DNA of 63,402 nt, filler included, from Choristocarpus tenellus KU-1152 (taxonomy: Eukaryota > Protista > Phaeophyceae): the NCBI GenBank assembly GCA_964200185.2. It is 12 parts of 12 records of this genome, joined end to end, with 100 filler letters (N's around TTAATTAATTAA, not from the genome) between each part and the next. Parts side by side here need not be neighbours in the genome. Positions count along the whole stretch, not along the records: positions 48,808 to 58,733 come from CAXNAD020003277.1; positions 58,834 to 63,402 come from CAXNAD020013979.1; 10 more parts are not named here. One strand, given 5' to 3'. The notes beneath the pieces were generated by a model that was given only the letters and a program-made list of their open reading frames with translations, had not been told where the DNA came from and ran no database searches. The position numbers and the translations under genes were made by a program. The stretch's first letter is position 1, and the number at the start of each line of letters is the position of its first letter. Shown here in pieces: positions 55,741 through 63,402 of this stretch.

Positions 55741-56469
55741 TATGTATTTGAAGGACCTTTACACAACCTTCCACATACACCCGGAGTGGGAGACTGCCCA
55801 CGATACATCCTAAATCACATGCTGGACTCCACCGTCAACATGATCCTGAACAGGTACGCAGTTGTTGAAGGCCGCATCAAGTCCACATACCTCGCCATAT
55901 ATAATTCGTACCACTGGTATCCTGCGAAGGTTTGCCCTCACTTCCAAACACTGTACCGTCTTTCCATTACTAGTTTTAGGTAGAAGAACAGAGCAGGGCA
56001 AGATGATGAATTCACACGCCCCTTACGTTTATGACGTTTTACTTATAAGCTGTTGTCTTCCATACACTACATGAGATGTTTCATACAAAATACTATTACT
56101 AATGCTGCTGGTCTTCAAAACTTTGGCATTGGATATCCTTGTTCTTACACAATAATAATATCAACGATAATGACATGGTGAGCGTTTCCTCATTACGAAG
56201 TGTGGTGGTCACAGTATTTGTCATCGTGCATTCTGCTCTCAGAGATTGATGAACACCGCACAAATGATGCCTCTGTACACTATCATACTACTTTGCCATT
56301 TACACAGCCTAACCCTCACTTCAAATACTACTTTATACTTCCTCCATCTTCAAACTTTTACTCCCTCTGTCCAGTCGCAATGACTTCCGATTACACAATG
56401 GACCTTCATGTTGGATTACTTAGAGTATATAGATTGAGAACCTATGTCTCGCCTTTATTCAACACCGTC

Positions 56470-57520
56470 AACCCACCAATCCAGGCCTGTCACGGAGCCC
56501 GCTTGGTCTACCTCGACTGATCTAGCCATCCCGTCCTCCCGCTGCCCTTTCTTGGTCCAAGTATGCTCTACCTCGAATTCGTTCCCCCCCAGCGCCCTTA
56601 GCACCCGATTGTACCTCTTAAACAGACTCTGCCACACCCTCTCGAGTGTGTCCGTGCCGTATGCGTGGAACATGCTTGAAACCCCCTCTACAAGTTCATC
56701 AACGGTGCCGCGCCCTAGCCCTGCTCTTCAGAGATGCAAATAAATGCAAATCATTGATGTTGAAATCCAGCGACTTCCTTGACTGTGTCACGAGCTTAAT
56801 CTTCCAGCCATCCTCTTTCCCTGCCGCGTTCAGCTTCTGCACTGTGCCCTTGCACGAATGTGGGGTCACAGGGTCCTGCTGTATGGAGGCCTCCCCTGAT
56901 TCCAACTACGGCATATTTTTTCCTAGATTGCTGGCAACAGCTGCTCCGTGTACCACTCCAAGCACCACTCAGTGTTGACGGTGATGTCGATTTTGTACTC
57001 CTCACCCTTTGTGTACCGCGCTGTGTCCGTTGCACTTCCTTTGTGACGCAAACCCGCCAGATACCGATCTTGCTGTCTAAATCATGGGAAGGATCTGGGT
57101 ACGAAATGGTGGAGGTAAACATCACTTTGGGAATGTGACTCTTGTACTGCACCTTCGCCGAGCCCACCTTTTCCTCCCCTGGGAACATGCGCACCATCTC
57201 TCATTCATGGATGAGGTAGAACTATACCTCATCGATGTGAATAATGTCGAGGCCAGTCCTATATGTTTTGCGGTTGTGGTAGATCTGGTCGAGAATGAAG
57301 TCCACCCTGTTCTTCTTGTGAGAAAACGAAAGGCTAGGGGTGACACACTGCTGAACCCTCGTTGCCCCCACAGCTTGGAGTCAGTGACTAAGCTTTGAGC
57401 TGCCTAACTGCGAGGCCCACTCAGATGAGCTTGGCAGAAAGTTGGTCGATAGTCAGTGTGCGATTAATTGCGTCGATTTCCTGAATCTTTGCTTGTTTCC
57501 TTGGTGTAAAGTTCAACAGC
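56470..57520 (-). pseudogene. Tc1/mariner (DD39D plant-mariner-like) transposase pseudogene
   Basis: Motifs IHIDE, VQYKSHIPKVMF, KIGIW, IQQD...PH, KLVTQSRKSLDFNINDLHLFASLKS, LERVWQSL...GGNEF across frameshifts. Confidence 0.88.
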
Positions 57521-57859
57521 CGTCCAGACTGTGCTTGTGATTTCACAGGGAGACAGTATTCCCCCTATCTGTTTTTCGACGCGGGTCATAACCGTGTCTA
57601 GGGTGTCTCTCTCCCACTCCAAACTCTTTCACCAATTTACACCCCACACCCCTCTGGAGTCTCTCGTTACTTGGAGGAAGAGCCAATGCCTAATGCAGAG
57701 CAAGGACGGTCTGACCCTTGCTCAATCAGCTTGTAGTTCTTTCCCCGAGACGGTGGGCTTCACACCGGGGATGATGGACTGTGGGGCCTCGTCATGGGGG
57801 GTGTGAAAGTGTTGTGTGGCTCCACGCTGGAGGAGGAACACTAAAAAATGGTAAGAATA

Positions 57860-58733
57860 TGCCAGTATATGGAACAGACGACCTTATTCGAGCTCACATG
57901 GCGGAGGTGATGGAGAGCTCTGGGATATGAGCTTTAGCCACACATACCTCAGCGAGATAGAGGACAAGCAGGTGGCCTGACTCGGCAACTCCTGGTCCCT
58001 CTCCTCCCTCTTAGGCTATCTTGTGAGGGTCACTCCCCCCCTCATGGCACGCTCCACCGTGGAGCAAGCAGACAACACCTACCTCCCTATGGACACTAGA
58101 GAGGATAATGGAGATAGCCGACTCGACAGAGGTGACAGATTTCTTCAAGGGAGGGTACAACAATGGGACTCTCCGCCTAGAGACCCACCAACAATACAGG
58201 CACAGATGCCTACAAGTGCGGGGGGTCTGGGCCTCTCCTCTATGAAACACCGCCGACATGCGGCTTTCATAGGATCAGTGATGCCTACTCTCCCCACCCT
58301 CCTAGCAAGGCAGCAAGGGTCTCATGGCAAGTCCTTCGCACGAACTATCTGTACGACGAGCCCTACGATACAGGCCTTAGGATTGTCCATTCACACCCTC
58401 CTTTCTACAGTTGTCCCGTCAGAAGATCTTGCGGGAATGATTGGCCAAGACTGGGTAACCTCGGGAGGAACAACACCACCTGCACCTGCCCCAGAGGTAC
58501 ATATCCTAGCTGCCCATGACACCAGGATCACAAGGAGGGCTCAACACGAGATCGCACGCCTCTTAGACAAAATCCGTTTTGACTCCTTTAGGTCACAACT
58601 GACAGGCCTTCCAAATGAGGCCCACCAAGGGAGGGAAAGCTCCTCATTAGCCCTAGCGCTCCACCGGAGCGAGTGTGGACAAGGGGCAAACGCGTGGGCC
58701 GTAACTCAACCTCTGGAACCAGCATGCCAGATC
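57860..58733 (+). mobile_element. Non-LTR retrotransposon (CRE/RLE-type) RT thumb and downstream region, truncated by contig end
   Basis: Open frame with QAQMPTSAGGLGLSSMKHRRHAAFIGS and a downstream RS..GQGANAW...P motif typical of RLE-clade LINEs. Confidence 0.75.
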
Positions 58734-58833
58734 NNNNNNNNNNNNNNNNNNNNNNNNNNNNNNNNNNNNNNNNNNNNTTAATTAATTAANNNNNNNNNNN
58801 NNNNNNNNNNNNNNNNNNNNNNNNNNNNNNNNN

Positions 58834-58917
58834 GTGCGACCAAATCACACTACAAAAGTGTTACCGAAAAAAGAGTGAAAAACGGACGCCGACACCCCCC
58901 TCCAGATACTTTGGCCC
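58834..58917 (-). mobile_element. MITE family C terminus at contig start
   Basis: GTGAAAAACGGACGCCG...CCAGATACTTTGGCCC, inverse of 63334-63402. Confidence 0.8.
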
Positions 58918-59488
58918 GATAGCAATGCATGATGTACATACAGACCATGCAAAGGAAAATGGTATGAGTAAGATACAAATTCTCAGGCCAAGATCGCTGG
59001 AACAACAATTTTATTGATTATTCAATCCATTTATTACACCATAGATAGGCTGCAATCCTTTTACAGCATTGTGGGATCTGTTCTACGTTTTTGTGAAGTC
59101 CGAAAAGGGTCCATTACCACAAAGACGAAGGCGATGGATACCATTTGTGGACGAAAGACGACCAGGACCAGGTCTATGTCCAATTTGTTATCAATTGTGT
59201 ACTGACCAATACTGCGTTGAGAAACTTTATGGTCTACGTCCAGCAATGATAACAGTTTGGTATAGGAGGATGGACTTGTGGATAGCAACGTTTCATTCTA
59301 CCGAGATGAACGGAAAATGAACGTTGTGGTTCCAGGCAATACGACCCCGTACATGATAGGTGATACTTTAGAATGTACTTCATTCGGACCCCTCCAAAGG
59401 TGAAGTAGTTTCGGATTCCGACCATCAGTACCCTCATGTATCCTATGGAGTCGTGTTTTTTCACCAATTTCACCAATTTTATAAATTT

Positions 59489-59842
59489 CAGGTGTTGCAT
59501 GGCCGTCGTCAGCTCCGTGTCGTGAGATGTTAGGTTCACTCCTAAAACGAGCGTAACCCCCATCCATATCTGGTCAAGGACTTTATGGAAACTGACGACT
59601 ATACGTTTGGACGAAGGCGGGGATGAGGTCAGATCTTCATGACCCTTATGAACTGGGCTACACACGTGCTACAATGGTAAAGATAACGAGTTGTAATGGT
59701 GTAAGCCGGAGCCAATCTATAAACTTTATCTTAGTTCGGATTGGGGGCTGCAATTCGCTCCCATGAAGCTGGAATCACTAGTAATCGCGGATCAGGATGC
59801 CGCGGTGAATAAGTCACTGAGCCTTGCACATACTGCCCTCAC
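59489..59842 (+). rRNA. Bacterial-type SSU rRNA 3'-domain fragment, probably mitochondrial (NUMT)
   Basis: Conserved blocks CAGGTGTTGCATGGCCGTCGTCAGCTC, GTGTCGTGAGATGTT, TGGGCTACACACGTGCTACAATGG, GGAATCACTAGTAATCGCGGATCAG, GCCGCGGTGAATA, CCTTGCACA; only ~350 bp, flanked by non-rRNA sequence. Confidence 0.88.
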
Positions 59843-59844
59843 CA

Positions 59845-62800
59845 AGTACGAAAATGGGGAACACGAGACGTTGGTTGGCACGTTCCTACTTTTTTTATGA
59901 CGTGTTCATGGAGGTTACGGTGTGCCAACAACTTAAATGCAACCTGTATATTATCTCTTTTTGCTCGAAGTAAATTCTTTACACTAGTGGCATCTGAATC
60001 GGCACTAGACAAACCACCAAGGACAATATCAACAGGTAAACGAGGTTATTTCCAAACCGAAGGGAAAACGGGGTTACATGCAACTTGGCACTGAATATTG
60101 TGTTATGGCCAACTGTACGAAAAAAAGTAACGATGTCCAGTTGTCCTCAGCAATGGAGATACACATTGCTGGCATAGAGTGCAGCATAGCATGTATTTTC
60201 TCTAATACAGAATTTCTTTGGGGGTGATACCGTGTGGTTTTGTTTTCCTCTAACCAAAGACAGACTGCGACTCTGCAACGATACATACTGTTTTCAAATT
60301 CGGTACCTTGATCGGAGTGTAACGACTCTAGTGGGCTAAAATTTAAATTACACGTTTATGATAAACTGCTGTGGCCTTTTTATTTGGCACAAGGCACAAC
60401 ACAACAAAACGAGTGAGGTGATCAATGATAGACAAGACATACGAGCACATGACACCATTTGCTGCTGGGGAACTTGTTGTTTACCCCACCAAATCAATAG
60501 CAACACATTGAAATGGTTCGTCAAGGGGCATGGGAGTAGTCTTACGTATTTAGGATGCCCGCCAAATACGGCACCATGTACGAACATCGATATTGAATGT
60601 TGACCACCAATACGAGTTTCAACCTCATCAAACGTGGGTTTGATGTTTGTGGATTGTGCTGCCGATACACTGTACATGCCACTGGTGGAGTAGATAATAG
60701 GATGGGGAGTGAGTGATGGATATACCACACGTATTGACTTATTGGTGTCCAGTGATTTGTGTTATGTTTCTAAATTATGCTTGTCATACTGAAGACAAGT
60801 AAGTGACTGATTCATAGTAAACTAGTGCGGGCGATTGTAAACCCTAAACTATAGGAAGAGTGATAGGTACCACTAGTCTTGAGCCCCATGAGTTGAGTCG
60901 ATGGAACTGGGACCACCAAAACCTCCCTTGTAACACTAACATCATATATATATATTCACACCAACCCATATTGTCCTCTATCAAGGCACACGATTGATCA
61001 TCTTAATGCGGGTCCAGTGTGGAATACTTCAACGTTTGAAACCTAAGTGGTCTCCAGACAGTGCATGATCATGGCAGTGGAGTACAAGACAAACTACCGA
61101 GCGAGGAGCGACCAACTGGTCTCTAAATATGTTTTCTTATGAGAATGGTCTGGAAAAAACGAAGAGTATAGAAACAGAAACATATTATGAAGGAAACGTA
61201 CAACAGAGACGTCGTCGATTCCTTACGAAGTGGTGGGGCGACACTGGGGAACTGCAAATACCTGAAATATGGTCTGAATTCGGCATCTTAGTCGTTGCGC
61301 AATTGTTCCGGGTCCGCTGTGGAAATATAGCAGTGAAGCTAGTATATATTTCACCATCACTGTGGGCAGACGTTGCTGTGTCAAGGTTAGTAGAAAGAAA
61401 CATCTCATCTCCCTTTTGAACACGTGTGTGGTAAATCAACAATTACCACCACCAGGTATATTACGGAAGATGGGTACCAGAATTAGAGCAACGGTTTTCT
61501 CCTGTTCCTCGTAACTTGAAAATATAAGATGTTCGTAGATAGTGCTGCTGGTACACTATAGACACCATCGGTGGAGTAGATTAGGAAATGCAGACACCAC
61601 TGGNNNNNNNNNNTATTTCAGTTGGGCTCTACACAACGTTTGTGTATGGTAGTTCATGTATGGTAGGGACCTGATCATCAGTTGATATTATGCAAAAGAG
61701 AGCTATTCCAATAGAGTGTTTGCTTTATGTTGTATGGATTTATTTATTAGCAGAGTGAGCACAGCCCTTGGTGGTGGGGTGTTCTTCCTTATATTATTAT
61801 CTATTGCGCACGTCATCAGACACGTCAAAATATGTCTGTGTCAGTCGCACTACGTCAGCCACTTCTATTGAACAAAATAAAAAATCAATCCATCAAGACT
61901 CGAACATGCGACTCTAAACAAGCCATATTAAATTCTTGAACCTTACTCTACTCTGTCAATGCTTCTGTTGACTCTCATTATTGACGAAACATAGACGTGG
62001 CTATAGACTACCTAGCCTATATTGCACAGATACATCACGTATGGCACGTATGATAAGTAGATATGACTATTTTCTGATTATCCATGTGGACGTTGCAAAT
62101 CCCACATGGTAGGCTGTACTGGTCTTACCCACCTTCTCAGTCAGCAGAATCGAGACCACAAAGACCACAAGGTCCTTGTAATACTAACATTGTTCATCTA
62201 CATCAAGCTGTTCTTTGTCCTTCATTAAAGCACCATAAAAGCCGCGGGTCCAGTGTGGGATAGTTCAACATAAGATATAGTGTCAGGTGAAAAATTTAGC
62301 TTACCAGGCTTGCGTTTGACAATGAAATCGCAAGCTTGAAGTGCAATACTCAACGAGTAAGCATGTTGCTGGTATCGTGCATTCTGTACGAATAACACAA
62401 TGCGACGTGGTCTGTAATGCAGACATAGTGTCTATCCCAGACAAACGGGTTGCCAGTGAGTGATAGCGATAACTACCGCATAACACTCTTAACATAGCTG
62501 AATAGTCACATCAAGTTTGTGAAATTTCTTGTTGAAGTAAGCAATGATCGTAGGTCATCAGGATATCGGATTGGGGGTATGCTAAAAGCCTCCAGCACCA
62601 CTCTCACTGGCATCAACGTGGATGATTGAACTCTTTGGTAAAGTCAGGAAATATGAGAACCGGCGCTGCAGTGAGTAATTGTTTCACCTTGAAAAATACC
62701 AATTTCTTGGTCGTTCCCCATTCTGTAAGCAAAGTTCTTGCTGGCACCTTTCTTAGTAAGATGAACTAACGATTTGATGACTGTGGCTAAGTCGGGTAAA

Positions 62801-63200
62801 ATATTACGCACTAAATTAGCCGTAACGTAGGAGAAATCGAGGTTATTTGATAGGGGCTGATTTAGGTAATATTCAGTGATGTCATGAACCAGATCTTCAT
62901 CGATACGAACGCCTTCAAACGACAAAACGTGATCCAAATAACGGACTTCTTAGATCCAAATTGGATGTTTGACGGTGTCAAGTCTAAATTTGCTGCTTGC
63001 GAGCTTTAAATCTGCTGCTCTAGTAAGAAAAATGCATTTCCTATGTTGTTGGGAGATCAAGCAATCGACTCATCCATGTAAACAAACGGGCAAACCACTG
63101 AGTGTTCCAAAGTTGGCAAAGGTTAACAACATTATTCTTTGGAATTGCTAAGGAACATTCGATATTCCGAACGGCATCCTCTTAAAAAAGCATTCTCCCT
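59845..63200 (-). mobile_element. Degenerate Ty3/gypsy pol (RT end, RNase H, integrase zinc finger and core) with nested insertions
   Basis: HVLSFEGVRIDED...ANLVRNILPDLATVIKSLVHLTKK; HCHDHALSGDHLG; EPFQCVAIDLVG; IIDHLTRF; LHSDQGTEFEN; TTRYHPQRNSVLEKIH...DNW. Domain order RT-RH-INT. Confidence 0.88.
61689..62030. repeat. Dispersed repeat family E, inserted in the gypsy remnant
   Basis: Reverse complement of 38469-38803. Confidence 0.85.
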
Positions 63201-63333
63201 CTTTCCCGTAAGTCTGCGACGTTATAAATCTTCACTTTTGTCTTGACCGTTTCTTCATGAAGGTGAAGAAGTTCCCAGTGATGTATAGTTCAAATTAAAC
63301 CTCTGGGTGTATTTGTTCCGGTTTTTGAATTTT

Positions 63334-63402
63334 GGGTCAAAGTATCTGGGGGGGGTGTGCCGGCGTCCGTTTTTCACTTTTTTGGTGTGATTTGGTCGCA
63401 CG
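63334..63402 (+). mobile_element. MITE family C terminus at window end
   Basis: GGGTCAAAGTATCTGGGGGGG...CGGCGTCCGTTTTTCAC as at 20841. Confidence 0.8.

Overview
This is eukaryotic nuclear DNA made of 12 short contigs joined by artificial 100-bp linkers (N44-TTAATTAATTAA-N44), so adjacency across a linker has no biological meaning. Short exons, long introns and the retroelement motifs suggest a brown alga or related stramenopile (inference). Host genes rebuilt by hand from splice sites are: a 9-exon secreted Agd3-like (CE18-type) polysaccharide deacetylase (minus strand, 3'-truncated), part of DEAH helicase Prp43/DHX15 with a GC-AG intron, a Y_phosphatase3/IphP-type phosphatase, the 3' end of a long-chain-alcohol-oxidase-type GMC oxidoreductase, a coiled-coil protein, and a convergent pair of paralogs with a repeated ERLxGxTxxQxxRxKALxxLG motif. 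There is also tRNA-Thr(UGU). The rest is largely decayed mobile DNA: three Ty1/copia remnants, a Ty3/gypsy remnant abutting an organelle-type SSU rRNA fragment, CRE- and RTE-type LINE pieces, a DD39D-like mariner transposase and many MITEs. Three MITE families share the terminal core AAAGTATCT, but two of them show different target-site duplication (TSD) lengths (3 vs 4 bp). They nest in each other and occupy most contig ends. The best leads are the algal Agd3-like deacetylase and this MITE group. All family assignments come from motif recognition, not database searches.
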